Source: an uncultured Gemmatimonadaceae bacterium (GTDB taxonomy: Bacteria > Gemmatimonadota > Gemmatimonadetes > Gemmatimonadales > Gemmatimonadaceae). From it: 64,000 nt of DNA. Each line of letters begins with the position of its first letter. The first letter of the stretch is position 1. The notes beneath the pieces were generated by a model. The model made no database searches and was not told where the DNA came from. It worked only from the letters and a program-made list of their open reading frames with translations. Location: contig CAVUDW010000002.1 of assembly GCA_963740355.1 (NCBI GenBank), positions 2,400,001-2,464,000 on the forward strand, written 5' to 3'. The translations under genes were made by a program, and so were the position numbers. Positions 21,471 through 31,792 of the stretch are shown here, piece after piece.

Positions 21471-23918
21471 TCATCGTGGCACGGAGTCCCGTGGGACGCC
21501 GAGTGCCCGGCCAAGCGCCTCGAACGAGGCGCCAAATTCGCTCCAGGCGCCACGCTGCAGCGCCTCGCGCATCTGTCGATACATCGCCGCCGCCGCGGTG
21601 GCGGGCACCGCGCCACGGCCACCGTCGCGCCAGGCCAGACTGGCTTCGGGGACCGTCGCCGCCACGCCGCGCCGAAGGCCGTCCGTCAGCAACACGGCGC
21701 TCAACTGCGTGGGGCGCCCCTCGCGCACGGCGAAATACGGGGTCAGGAACCGAGGCGCACCCGCGGCAGGCAGCACACGTGTCGAGCTGCGGCGGGCGCC
21801 CGTGAGGCTGCCCGGCTGCCGCAGCGAGTCGGATGTTTCCTGCGCGCTGCGCATCACGCCGTCGTACGGCGCTCCGTCCGTACTCGGGCGCCACCGCGTG
21901 CGTCGATCCTCACCGCCTGGTGCCAGCAGGACGCCGCGCACCACACCGCGGGAATCGATGGCGGCGGCGGACAGCGCGTAGCTCCGTCTGGCTGGGAGCC
22001 AAACGGGGACGTAATCGTCCGGCGTGAAGGTGCTGTCGGCCGGGACACCGTGGACGAGCGACAACTCCGAGAGCGCGCCACCACCACGGATCGCCGCCGA
22101 CGTGTCCTCCTGCACCGCACGCGAGCCGTATCGCGCCGCAATCGCCGCCTCGAGCTCGAGCGCATCGCCACGTGGCGGCAGCGCGCGACGCAGTGCCTCC
22201 GGCAGCGCACTCAGTGGCACCAGATGCCGCGCCAGCCGTTCCAGCGGGCGGCGTGCCAACAGCGGCGGGTTCGGTTCGGACACGAGGATCACCCGACCCG
22301 TATGCGCATTCACCAACGCCGTGCCGGCAAACTGCGCCGCCGCGACCTCCGCACCGTGCAGCACGACGTGTTCACTGAGCGGATACGTGGCGCTGGCGGC
22401 ATAGAGGTCGAGCGACCAGAGGAGCGAGTCGCCGAAGACCAGCGGCACGACCTGCGCGCCGGTGTAGAGCGAGGGGGCCAGTCGCTCGACGCGCTCACGC
22501 ACATCGCGCACGGTCACGAGGACTGGCGCGGGTCGCGGTACGTCGCCAAAGATCAGGCGCGGGTTCTGCTGGTTCCATGCATGAGCCAGGCGTGCCGTCA
22601 CGCTGGCGATGGATGGGGCCGCGATGTGGTGCGCGGGATCGCTCACGATGGCGTACCCACGCCCCGAGTCGCTGACGACTATCGGTGGCAGCGTCTGACC
22701 TGCGCGCGCACCAACATTTCGGAATGGGTTGTCAGCGGTGATATCCACTGAAATCGCGCGCCACGTCGGCAGCAGTCCCGGTGCCTTCACGGCGTCGAAC
22801 ACCGTTGCGCCAGGCACGCCGCCGGCTTGATCCCACGCCAGCAACGCACCGAGCCGACCGGGCGCCGTGTGCGGCACACTCGACCGATCCCAGAGTGGAG
22901 TGGATGGCAGCGACGCGGTGTCACCGGCGGTGGCGGCGAGTACGCGATCGGACTCATACGCGCGCCGAGTGAAGCTGGCGCCGGCGTCGACGTATCGTCG
23001 TTCCCGGGCGACGACGTCGCCGCCACCATCGATGCTATCGGCCAGCAGCGGCATACCCTGACGAAGCAGCAGCGCCATCAGCAGCACCGTGGTGACCGCA
23101 GCGATGCCGGCGCGCGGCTGTCGTGACCAGGCGCTCCAGATCACCACTCCCGCGGCACCGAGCGAGATGACCTGCATGACGATGCCGCCAGGGAGCCCCA
23201 CGCGATGCGCCGCGAATCCAAACGCCCCTTCCGGCCCTGTGCCATGCACGAGGCGATCAAACCCGTCGATCCGGTAACTCCACGCGATCAGGGCCAGCAA
23301 CATCGCGCCGAGCACCGTGATGTGACGGCGTGCATGACGCGACACACGCAGTGCACGGCTGTCCGTGCCGATTCCGCGCGTCAGCACGTACCCGACGACG
23401 GTCATCATCGACATCACTGCATGCGACAGCAGCGCCCACGTATAGGCCTGCACCTCGAACGGAAGCCAGGTCGTCCAGAAGGCAAGATCGTACTGGAAGT
23501 ACGGATCCGATTCACCGAACGGACGCGCGTCGAGGACGTTCGCGAGGGGCACCCAGTCGTCGACGGGTACAGTCAGCAGGATGCCGATCGCGACCGCGAA
23601 CAGCCAGAGCACCAGCGAGATCGTGCGATCCGGGACAGCCCCGTTGAACTCGAGGTTGCCTACGCTGCCTGGCACGACGACGCTCACGAAGGAGCGGCGT
23701 ATCGCTTCGAGGTGAGCCCGCATCACGAGCGTCGCGAGCGTGCCGGCGCCAACCTTCAGGAACAACGAGACCGACGTCTTCCACCACCAGACGTCGCCGA
23801 ATCCGAGCGCCTCGAACCAGGCATGGTCTCCGATCAGCGCGCCCCATGCCCGCCCGACGGCGAGCACGAGCGCGACAACGACGACGAGCGTCAGCAGCCC
23901 GCGACGACGGATGATCAC
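21471..23918 (-). CDS. UPF0182 family membrane protein
   Basis: WFEALGFGDVW, FGESDPYFQYDLAFW, RDVRERVERLAP, LYAASATYPLS, ALQRGAWSEFG; multi-TM N-terminal half. Start uncertain (GTG 23918 chosen to avoid overlapping the upstream gene). Confidence 0.78.
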   Translation of the reverse strand: MIIRRRGLLTLVVVVALVLAVGRAWGALIGDHAWFEALGFGDVWWWKTSVSLFLKVGAGTLATLVMRAHLEAIRRSFVSVVVPGSVGNLEFNGAVPDRTISLVLWLFAVAIGILLTVPVDDWVPLANVLDARPFGESDPYFQYDLAFWTTWLPFEVQAYTWALLSHAVMSMMTVVGYVLTRGIGTDSRALRVSRHARRHITVLGAMLLALIAWSYRIDGFDRLVHGTGPEGAFGFAAHRVGLPGGIVMQVISLGAAGVVIWSAWSRQPRAGIAAVTTVLLMALLLRQGMPLLADSIDGGGDVVARERRYVDAGASFTRRAYESDRVLAATAGDTASLPSTPLWDRSSVPHTAPGRLGALLAWDQAGGVPGATVFDAVKAPGLLPTWRAISVDITADNPFRNVGARAGQTLPPIVVSDSGRGYAIVSDPAHHIAAPSIASVTARLAHAWNQQNPRLIFGDVPRPAPVLVTVRDVRERVERLAPSLYTGAQVVPLVFGDSLLWSLDLYAASATYPLSEHVVLHGAEVAAAQFAGTALVNAHTGRVILVSEPNPPLLARRPLERLARHLVPLSALPEALRRALPPRGDALELEAAIAARYGSRAVQEDTSAAIRGGGALSELSLVHGVPADSTFTPDDYVPVWLPARRSYALSAAAIDSRGVVRGVLLAPGGEDRRTRWRPSTDGAPYDGVMRSAQETSDSLRQPGSLTGARRSSTRVLPAAGAPRFLTPYFAVREGRPTQLSAVLLTDGLRRGVAATVPEASLAWRDGGRGAVPATAAAAMYRQMREALQRGAWSEFGASFEALGRALGVPRDSVPR

Positions 23919-23937
23919 GGGCGTTGACGGCGCAGCG

Positions 23938-25302
23938 TCAGACTGCGACGCCCTGCGACCGCATCCATGCGTAGAACTCGGCACGGATCGCGTCACGCCG
24001 CTCGGCGGTCAGCGCCTCGAAGCGACAGACGACGATCGGTTGGGTATTGGACGCGCGGATCAGGCCCCAGCCATCGCCGAAGAGCACACGCGCCCCATCC
24101 ACCGCGATAACCTCGTGCGTCTTGCTGAAGTGTTCCGATGCCGCAGCGACCAGCGTGAACTTCTTCTCGTCGCCACACTCGATGCGCAGTTCCGGCGTGC
24201 TGAAGTACGTCGGCACGTCGGCGAGCAGGTCGGCAACGCTGCCGGTGCTGGATGACACGATGCGGAGGATGCGGGCCGCGGCGTACAGCGCGTCGTCGTG
24301 GCCGTAGAAGCCCTCGGTGAAGAACATGTGCCCCGACATCTCGCCGGCGATGGGAGCGTGCAGCTCCTTCATCTTGTCCTTGATCAGCGAATGGCCGGTC
24401 TTCCACATCACCGGCGTCCCGCCGGCCTTGGTGATCGCATCGGGCAACGCCTGCGAACACTTCACGTCGAAGATGATCGCCTGGCCGGCGCCCGTGCGGG
24501 CGAAGACATCGCGCGCGTACAGGAGCAGGAGATAATCGCCCCAGATGATCGTACCGTTCGCATCGACGATCCCGATGCGATCGGCATCGCCGTCGAAGGC
24601 GATACCGATGTCCGCCTTGTGTTCCTTCACCGCCGCGATCAGGTCGACGAGATTCTCCTCGACCGTCGGATCTGGATGGTGGTTGGGAAAGGTGCCATCG
24701 CTCTCGCAGAAGAGATACGTGGCATCGATGTTCATCCGCGAGAAGATTGTCTCGGTCAGCGGCCCACCGGCACCGTTGCCGGCGTCGAGCACCACCGTGA
24801 GACGACGTGGCAGAGGTCCGGTGCGAGCGACGATGTCGTCCGCGTACGCCGCATTCAGGTCTTCGGTGCGGATGCTGCCCACGCGCGCCGTTGCGGGTGC
24901 GTCGAGCAGCTGGTGCAAGCGCTGGATACCGCTGCCGTGCAGCGACCCGGTGCCGACGCAGAGCTTGAACCCGTTGAACTCGGGCGGATTGTGTGAGCCG
25001 GTGATCTGGATGCCGCCTGCCACTGGCAGGTGATGCAGCGACCAGTACAGGAGCGGCGTCGGACCGACACCGATGTCGATGACATCGCGGCCGCGGGTGG
25101 TCAGGCCACGCACCAGCGCCTCACGCAGCGCCGTCCCGCTCGGCCGATTGTCGCGACCCACGGCCACGGGGCCGGCGATTCCACGTTCGTCGAGAAGGGC
25201 CGCGTACGCGCGCCCGATGCCTTCGGCAGCTTCCACGGTCAGATCGTCACCGACCACGCCGCGAATGTCATACTGGCGGAAAATACCTGCAGCGATCGTC
25301 AT
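23938..25302 (-). CDS. Phosphomannomutase/phosphoglucomutase (AlgC-like)
   Basis: IFRQYDIRG, ITGSHNP, FDGDADR, GEMSGH, RASNTQP; ATG overlaps the nuoN stop. Confidence 0.95.
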   Translation of the reverse strand: MTIAAGIFRQYDIRGVVGDDLTVEAAEGIGRAYAALLDERGIAGPVAVGRDNRPSGTALREALVRGLTTRGRDVIDIGVGPTPLLYWSLHHLPVAGGIQITGSHNPPEFNGFKLCVGTGSLHGSGIQRLHQLLDAPATARVGSIRTEDLNAAYADDIVARTGPLPRRLTVVLDAGNGAGGPLTETIFSRMNIDATYLFCESDGTFPNHHPDPTVEENLVDLIAAVKEHKADIGIAFDGDADRIGIVDANGTIIWGDYLLLLYARDVFARTGAGQAIIFDVKCSQALPDAITKAGGTPVMWKTGHSLIKDKMKELHAPIAGEMSGHMFFTEGFYGHDDALYAAARILRIVSSSTGSVADLLADVPTYFSTPELRIECGDEKKFTLVAAASEHFSKTHEVIAVDGARVLFGDGWGLIRASNTQPIVVCRFEALTAERRDAIRAEFYAWMRSQGVAV

Positions 25303-26861
25303 GGCAGAGCGGGCTGGGAATCGGTCGGGACCATGGCTTGCACCGGCGTCGCGCCGGCGGCGGCCCGCGCCGGAGACATGGGGAGTGTGCTTGCCTTGGC
25401 CCAGTGCACCGCCGGAGTGGGGAACACGCCAAGGACGAGCAGGAGCACAGCGGAAACGGCCACGAGCCCGCCAGTGAGGCGCGCTGGCACGCCTCGTGAC
25501 GGCAACGCTTCCTCGGCCGGGGGCTTGGTGAACATCGCCGCCACCACCGCGAGGTAATACCCGACCGACACGAGGCTCGCGAGCACCAGGATGACGGCAA
25601 GCTTCAATTGTGGTGCAGGCGAGCTCAGTGCAGCCCGCAATATGTACCATTTTGCGAAGAAGCCCATGCCACCCGCGATCGGGAACCCCATCAGCGACAG
25701 CATGAACACCGCCATCGCCGTCGCCAGTGCCGGTCGAGTGCGTGACAGGCCGGCGAGATCCGAGAGCCGCGTGTTCTTCTCGATCCCGCCGGACACGATG
25801 CACAGCACGCTGTAGGCACCCACCGTCGCCAGCGTGTACGCGAGCGCGTAGAACACGATCGCCGCCACACCATCGGCGGAGTGACTGGTGATCGCCACCA
25901 GCAGGTACCCTGCGTGAGCGATACTCGAGTAGGCCAGCATTCGCTTGACGTTCTGTTGCGCCAGCGCCAGCACATTGCCCACGATCATCGTGGCGGCGGC
26001 CAGCACCCAGGCGGCGTAGTGCCAGGAGGCGTAGGCCGGCCCGAGACCATCCAGTACGAGGCGCGCAAATGCCGCGAAGGCCGCCGTCTTCACGCCGGCT
26101 GCCATGAACGACGTGTACGGTGTGGGTGCGCCCTCGTAGACGTCGGGCGTCCACATGTGGAACGGGACCGCCGCGACCTTGAACGAGAAGCCGACGAAAA
26201 GCAGCGCCAATCCGCCGATGAGCAGCGGATCGTCGACGAGATTGCGGGTGGTGATCGCGGCCGCCATCTCGGTCAGGTTGGTCGTACCCGTCGAGCCATA
26301 GATCAGCGCCATGCCATACAGCAGGAAGCCGGTCGAGAAGGAGCCAAGGAGGAAGTACTTGAGCGCCGCCTCGGCTGATCGTGCACGACTGCGATCCAGG
26401 CCGGTGAGGATGTAGATCGACAGCGACATGACCTCGATGCCGAGGAAGATCAACATCAGGTCGCGTGCACCGACGAGCAGCAGCATGCCGGCAGCGGCGA
26501 AGAGCACCAGCGCTGGCGGCTCGGGTGCGGTCAATGCCGCACCCTCGTTGTACTCCATCGCCATCACCAGCGTGCCGAGCACACCGAGCAGGATCACGGC
26601 AACCGACGCCCACCGAAATCCGTCGAAGGCCAGCGGACCGGTCGCGGCACCGAGTGGTGGTGCCTGGTTCGCGAGCATGGCTGCCGATGCTGCGGCAAGC
26701 AGCGTCACGGCGATGGCGAGCCAGTGTGCGCGCCGCGTGCTGGCAGCGCCTTCCTCGACAAAGACGCCATACAGCAGCACGCACATGCCGCCGATGGACA
26801 CGATCAATTCCGGCAACAGCAGCGTGCCGAGATCGAGACTGCCGAACGAGAACGTGCTCAC
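25299..26861 (-). CDS. nuoN: NADH-quinone oxidoreductase subunit N
   Basis: EAALKYF, FKVAAVPFHMWTPDVYEGAP, KRMLAYSSIAHAGY. Confidence 0.96.
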   Translation of the reverse strand: MSTFSFGSLDLGTLLLPELIVSIGGMCVLLYGVFVEEGAASTRRAHWLAIAVTLLAAASAAMLANQAPPLGAATGPLAFDGFRWASVAVILLGVLGTLVMAMEYNEGAALTAPEPPALVLFAAAGMLLLVGARDLMLIFLGIEVMSLSIYILTGLDRSRARSAEAALKYFLLGSFSTGFLLYGMALIYGSTGTTNLTEMAAAITTRNLVDDPLLIGGLALLFVGFSFKVAAVPFHMWTPDVYEGAPTPYTSFMAAGVKTAAFAAFARLVLDGLGPAYASWHYAAWVLAAATMIVGNVLALAQQNVKRMLAYSSIAHAGYLLVAITSHSADGVAAIVFYALAYTLATVGAYSVLCIVSGGIEKNTRLSDLAGLSRTRPALATAMAVFMLSLMGFPIAGGMGFFAKWYILRAALSSPAPQLKLAVILVLASLVSVGYYLAVVAAMFTKPPAEEALPSRGVPARLTGGLVAVSAVLLLVLGVFPTPAVHWAKASTLPMSPARAAAGATPVQAMVPTDSQPALP

Positions 26862-28408
26862 GGCTTCACCTCGCCCGGGACACTGGTGATCGGTGTCAGC
26901 ATCGACGTGAGCTGGACACGGTTCACGAGCGACGTCACGCTGCTCTCCATCCGATGGAGCATCGGCGACGGCGCCAGTCCAAGTCCGATGATCGCGATCA
27001 CGAACACGCTCATGATCCCGACTTCCGCGCGGGTGAGGTCGCGCACGACCGGCGCGTCAGCGCGTGGTGGGCCGAAGAGCACGCGTTGCACCGCCCACAG
27101 CAGATAAGCGGCCGCGAGGATCACGCCGACGGTCGCAAGCAGGACCAGCAGCGGGAACCGTGGGAAGGAGCCAAGCAGCACCAGGAATTCGCCGACGAAT
27201 CCATTCGTGCCTGGCAGGCCCGCATTGGCGAGGGCGAAGAGCACGATGACGGCGCCAAACATCGGCATCTGCTTCGCCAGCCCACCGAGCGACTCGAAGC
27301 GATCGTCACCGAGCCGCTGCCGAAGCATGCCAAGCAGCAGGAACATGCCGCCCGTCGTGATGCCGGCATTCACCATCACCATCATCGCACCCTGCAACGA
27401 CTCGATGGTGAAGGCGCTGATCCCGAGCACCACGAACCCAAGATGCGCGATCGATGCGTATGAAATCACGCGACGGAAATCTGGCTGCACGAGCGCCACA
27501 AGTGAGCCATAGAGCACGGCGACGACGCCAAGGCACGCGAACAGGATGCGAACGGCCGGATACATCGCGGCCGCCGGAAAAAGCGGATAGGCCACGGCCA
27601 GCAACCCATAGGTGCCGACCTTGATGCCGAGCGCCACGGCGGCAATCGGCGGTCCTTCGCTTTGTGCGTCGGGCAACCAGGTGTGAAACGGGATCAGTGC
27701 ACTCTTCACCAGGAAGGCACTCGCAAACGCACCGAAGCAGAGCAGCTGCGCGTCCAGGCGCATCGGACGGCTGGATGCGAACTCGCGCAGTGTCTCATAC
27801 GTCGTGCCGCCGGCCGCGGACGCAACCGAAATGATCGCGACCAGCATCAGCAGCGAGCCGAGCATGGTATAGATGAAGAAGGTCATGCCGGCGGCAGGGC
27901 CGCGACCTGATCCCCAGACGCCGATCAGGAAATACAGCGGGACCAGCATCAACTCCCAGCAGAGATAGAAGAGGAGCAAGTCCGCCGCGAGGAAAATGCC
28001 AAGGATTCCGCCAGTCAGCAGCAGGATCAAGGCGTAATACGATGCGGCACGATGCGTAACGCTTGCGCGCGGGGTCGCCAGCACGCTGAGCAGCATCAGT
28101 AATGCGGTGAGCATCACCATCGGCATCGACAACCCGGTCGCCGCCAGGCGCAGGCGCGATCCGAAGTCATCGATCCACGGGTAGTCGACCGTGGCCGTGT
28201 TTTCCGGCACGACGAACCAGAGCGCCACGGATAGCAGTGCCGTGACGGCGAGGATCGCGACCGTCACCGTTCGTGCCACGCGCGCCTCGGTGTCGGCCTC
28301 ACTTCGCGGCAGCACCCAGACGACGATGGAACCGACGACGGGCAGCAGCAGCAACGCCGGCAACACCCACGCTGCGGAAAAGCCGAGAGCCGTGAAGAGA
28401 CCGGTCAT
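26858..28408 (-). CDS. nuoM: NADH-quinone oxidoreductase subunit M
   Basis: WELMLVPLY, PFHTWLPDA, YASIAHLGF, LPGTNGFVGEF; start at MTGLF. Confidence 0.95.
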   Translation of the reverse strand: MTGLFTALGFSAAWVLPALLLLPVVGSIVVWVLPRSEADTEARVARTVTVAILAVTALLSVALWFVVPENTATVDYPWIDDFGSRLRLAATGLSMPMVMLTALLMLLSVLATPRASVTHRAASYYALILLLTGGILGIFLAADLLLFYLCWELMLVPLYFLIGVWGSGRGPAAGMTFFIYTMLGSLLMLVAIISVASAAGGTTYETLREFASSRPMRLDAQLLCFGAFASAFLVKSALIPFHTWLPDAQSEGPPIAAVALGIKVGTYGLLAVAYPLFPAAAMYPAVRILFACLGVVAVLYGSLVALVQPDFRRVISYASIAHLGFVVLGISAFTIESLQGAMMVMVNAGITTGGMFLLLGMLRQRLGDDRFESLGGLAKQMPMFGAVIVLFALANAGLPGTNGFVGEFLVLLGSFPRFPLLVLLATVGVILAAAYLLWAVQRVLFGPPRADAPVVRDLTRAEVGIMSVFVIAIIGLGLAPSPMLHRMESSVTSLVNRVQLTSMLTPITSVPGEVKP

Positions 28409-30468
28409 TGGCCTGCCCGCATCGCGAAGATACCGATCAGCGTGATGGCGCCGAGCGCAATGGCCCACACGTAGCTGCCGGCGAAGCCGACCTGCGCACG
28501 TGATGCGATCGATGAGACGACGCGAAAGACCTGTGCGCTCCCCTGCACCAGCACGCCGTTGATCAGGCCCAGATCCAGGCCGCGCCAGAGCACCTTGCGC
28601 GACACGGCGACGGTTGGGCCCACGATGCCGCGCGCGATCGCCGTGTCGACGTAGTAGTCGTTGGCGAGCACGAGGCCGATGCCATGTTCCGCAGGCGCGG
28701 CATCCTTCGTCGTCAGGCCGTCGGGCTTCAGCAGGATGAACGCCGTGGCGATGCCAGCCACCGCCACCGCAATCGCGATGGCGATCAGGATGTACTCCGT
28801 GTTGTGCGACAGATGGCCGTTGCCGGCCAGCAGCGTCGTCGATGGGCCAGCGATCGGAGCAAGCCAGGCATCGAGCACACCGGTGCGACCGATCGGCAGC
28901 ACCTCTGGCAGTTGCAGCCAGCCACCCACCAGTGTCAGTGCGCCAAGGATGAGCAGTGGCGTGCGAAGCACCCACGGCGCGTCGTGCACTTCGGCTTCGA
29001 CATCGTCACCGGAACGGAATCGCCCGTGGAAGGTGTAGCGCATGAGCCGCGTCATGTAGATCGCCGTCATGAACGCCGTGATCAGGCCGAGGCCATACGC
29101 CAACCAGAGAATCGCGCGACCTGGAATCCCACCCAGTGATGATTCCGCCAGCGGCGATTCCATGGCTCGCTCAGCGATGGCGCTGAGGATGGCGTCCTTC
29201 GAGAAGAATCCGGCCAGCGGCGGAATGCCGGCGATGGCCAGTGTCGCAATCCACATCAACGTGGCGGTCGACGGCATGCGGCGCATCAGGCCACCCATGT
29301 TGCGCATGTCCTGCGCATCGTCGTGCCGATGCGTGGCATGCAGGGCGTGATGCATGCTGTGAATGACCGCGCCTGCGCCGAGAAAGAGCAGCGCCTTGAA
29401 GAACGCATGCGTCACGAGGTGAAACATGCCGGCGGTGTATGCACCAGCACCCACTGCGACGAACATGTAGCCCAGCTGGGAGACGGTCGAGTACGCGAGC
29501 ACCTTCTTGATGTCCCACTGCTTGAGGCCGACGCTGGCGGCCCAGATTGCCGTCAGTGCGCCAACCAGCACGATCACGAGGCACGCGGCAGGTGCCGCCG
29601 CGAACAGGCTGGCATTCCGCACGATCAGGTAGATGCCAGCCGTGACCATGGTGGCTGCGTGGATCAGTGCGGACACCGGCGTCGGGCCGGCCATGGCATC
29701 GGGCAGCCAGACGTAGAGTGGCAACTGCGCGCTCTTGCCAGCGCAGCCAAGGAACATGAACAGGCAGATCGCGGTCATCAGCGGCGTGGCGATCATGCCC
29801 TGCCCCCGCACGATGGTGGCGAAGTCGAGCGTGCCGAGATTGGCGAAAAGCAGGAACATCGCGATCAGCAAGCCGAGATCGCCGATGCGGTTCACCACAA
29901 AGGCCTTCTTGCCTGCCACGGCATTCGCCGTATCGCCGAACCAGAATCCGATCAGGAGGTACGATGCCAGGCCCACCCCTTCCCAGCCGATGAACAACAC
30001 CGGCAGGTTCGCCCCCATCACCAGCATCAGCATGAAGCCGACGAACAGGTTGAGGTACGCGAAATAGCGTGCGAAACCCGCATCGTCGGCCATGTAGCCG
30101 ACACTGTAGATGTGGATCAGCGACCCCACGCCCGTGATCACCAGCATCATCAGGATGCTCAGATGATCGACGTGTAGTGTCCAGTCCACTGCAAACGAAC
30201 CGGCGGCCATCCACTGGCCTAGCGACGAGGTGATCGCGGTGTCGGTGCCGTTGACTGCCGTGAAGAGGACCACCGTCAGCATCAGCGCGAGCACCATGAC
30301 GCCGACACCGACGGCGCCGACCAGCGTTCGCCGTCCGGATGGTGCCACCTCGACGCGTTCCCCCCGCCAGGCTGGGACAAGCGACAGCAACCCATTGACC
30401 ACGAAGCCGGTGAACGGCAGCGCGGGCACGAGCCACACGAGTTGTGATGCGGTATTGGAAATGGACAT
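28405..30468 (-). CDS. nuoL: NADH-quinone oxidoreductase subunit L
   Basis: GWEGVG, NRIGD, GKSAQLPL, PTPVSALIHAATMV, HAFFKALLFL. Confidence 0.97.
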   Translation of the reverse strand: MSISNTASQLVWLVPALPFTGFVVNGLLSLVPAWRGERVEVAPSGRRTLVGAVGVGVMVLALMLTVVLFTAVNGTDTAITSSLGQWMAAGSFAVDWTLHVDHLSILMMLVITGVGSLIHIYSVGYMADDAGFARYFAYLNLFVGFMLMLVMGANLPVLFIGWEGVGLASYLLIGFWFGDTANAVAGKKAFVVNRIGDLGLLIAMFLLFANLGTLDFATIVRGQGMIATPLMTAICLFMFLGCAGKSAQLPLYVWLPDAMAGPTPVSALIHAATMVTAGIYLIVRNASLFAAAPAACLVIVLVGALTAIWAASVGLKQWDIKKVLAYSTVSQLGYMFVAVGAGAYTAGMFHLVTHAFFKALLFLGAGAVIHSMHHALHATHRHDDAQDMRNMGGLMRRMPSTATLMWIATLAIAGIPPLAGFFSKDAILSAIAERAMESPLAESSLGGIPGRAILWLAYGLGLITAFMTAIYMTRLMRYTFHGRFRSGDDVEAEVHDAPWVLRTPLLILGALTLVGGWLQLPEVLPIGRTGVLDAWLAPIAGPSTTLLAGNGHLSHNTEYILIAIAIAVAVAGIATAFILLKPDGLTTKDAAPAEHGIGLVLANDYYVDTAIARGIVGPTVAVSRKVLWRGLDLGLINGVLVQGSAQVFRVVSSIASRAQVGFAGSYVWAIALGAITLIGIFAMRAGQ

Positions 30469-30480
30469 GCGTGGGAGTCG

Positions 30481-30774
30481 CTATCCTCTGAGCAGCCGGA
30501 TTCGGCCGAGATCAACCGTGCGGTAGTGCCGGAAGACGCTGATCACGATCGCCAGCCCGACTGCAGCCTCCGCGGCCGCAACCGTCATTACGAACAGCAC
30601 GAACACCTGACCCGAGATACCGTGCAGTCGGGACAGGGCAATGAATGACAGGTTCACGGCGTTCAGCATCAGCTCGACGCACATGAACAGGATCAGCGCA
30701 TTGCGGCGCGTCAGCACGCCAAGGACGCCGATGCTGAAGAGGATGGCGGAAACGAAGAGGGCCTCGCGGATCAT
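30481..30774 (-). CDS. nuoK: NADH-quinone oxidoreductase subunit K
   Basis: [27 protein letters not shown]. Confidence 0.97.
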   Translation of the reverse strand: MIREALFVSAILFSIGVLGVLTRRNALILFMCVELMLNAVNLSFIALSRLHGISGQVFVLFVMTVAAAEAAVGLAIVISVFRHYRTVDLGRIRLLRG

Positions 30775-31298
30775 GTCCGTGCCTCCCCGGCAACCTTCCC
30801 GCGCTTCGCCAGGACGACCGCTCCCACCACAGCCACCAACAGCAACAGGGACGTCACTTCGAACGCCACCAGGTTGTCCGTGAAGAGCGAGTTCGCGATC
30901 GGCGCCAGTGCGTCCGAGTCCACCGGCTTTAGGTTGTCGAGCGACAATGGCTGCGATCGAATGACATAGAGCAGCTCACCGGCGAGAATACCACCGATGG
31001 CGGCCGCTGCCACCGCCGCGATGCGGCTGCGCCGCTCCTTGACGTCGTTCTCTCCGAGATTCAGCAGCATCACCACGAACACGAACACCACCATGATGGC
31101 GCCGGCATAGACCAGCACCTGTGCGGCCCCGATGAAGTGGGCACCCAGCATGACATACAATGCCGCCAGCGCGAACATGACGTTCACGAGCCAAAGCGCC
31201 GCCGTCACGGGACTCTTGCGCGTCACCATCGCCAACGCCGCCCCGATCGCCATCACGGAGAAAATCCAGAAGTGGACCGTGTAGAACGTTCCCATCAT
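30771..31298 (-). CDS. nuoJ: NADH-quinone oxidoreductase subunit J
   Basis: [29 protein letters not shown]. Confidence 0.95.
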   Translation of the reverse strand: MMGTFYTVHFWIFSVMAIGAALAMVTRKSPVTAALWLVNVMFALAALYVMLGAHFIGAAQVLVYAGAIMVVFVFVVMLLNLGENDVKERRSRIAAVAAAAIGGILAGELLYVIRSQPLSLDNLKPVDSDALAPIANSLFTDNLVAFEVTSLLLLVAVVGAVVLAKRGKVAGEART

Positions 31299-31792
31299 TC
31301 GCCTGCCGGATCGGCTGGATCCCAGAGTTCGCTCACCGGGTGCGTCTGCGACGTCAAGCGCTCGAGGTCATACACGAAACCATCACGCGAGTACTCCGCG
31401 TTCTCATAGTGTCGCCCGAGGTGGATTGCTTCTTCCGGACAGACCTCCTGGCAATACCCGCAGAAGATGCATCGGAACTCGTCAATCTCGAACACCAGTG
31501 GAAACCGGTTGCCCTGCTCGTCTTCGCCCGGCACCAGCTTGATGCAGTTCGCGGGACAGACCGTCGGGCAGAGCCCGCAGCCAACGCACTTCGCCTTGCC
31601 CTCTTCGTTCGTGAGCATGCGATGTGTGCCGCGCCAGCGCTTTGACAGCGCCTCGGTCTCTTCGGGATACTGTGTCGTGACCTTGTGTGGATCGACGAGG
31701 TGCTTGAACGTGTGCGCCAGGCCAGACAGCGTGGCGCGCACGTAGCTCACCTGCTCCACCGGTCGGTCCATGACCTTCACCTTGATCGCCAT
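31295..31792 (-). CDS. nuoI: NADH-quinone oxidoreductase subunit I
   Basis: Two 4Fe-4S motifs: CVGCGLCPTVCP and CIFCGYCQEVCP; YPEE. Confidence 0.96.
   Translation of the reverse strand: MAIKVKVMDRPVEQVSYVRATLSGLAHTFKHLVDPHKVTTQYPEETEALSKRWRGTHRMLTNEEGKAKCVGCGLCPTVCPANCIKLVPGEDEQGNRFPLVFEIDEFRCIFCGYCQEVCPEEAIHLGRHYENAEYSRDGFVYDLERLTSQTHPVSELWDPADPAGE

Noticed and set aside
23938..26784. Apparent N-terminal extensions or fusions in the ORF track (pmm 948 aa, nuoM 705 aa, sucD 485 aa, fabG 414 aa, nuoC 406 aa, carA 454 aa, dnaB 548 aa)
   Set aside because: Extensions overlap the upstream gene in another frame and read as Arg-rich noise; true starts coincide with stop/start overlaps. The IspF extension differs because it overlaps no other gene.
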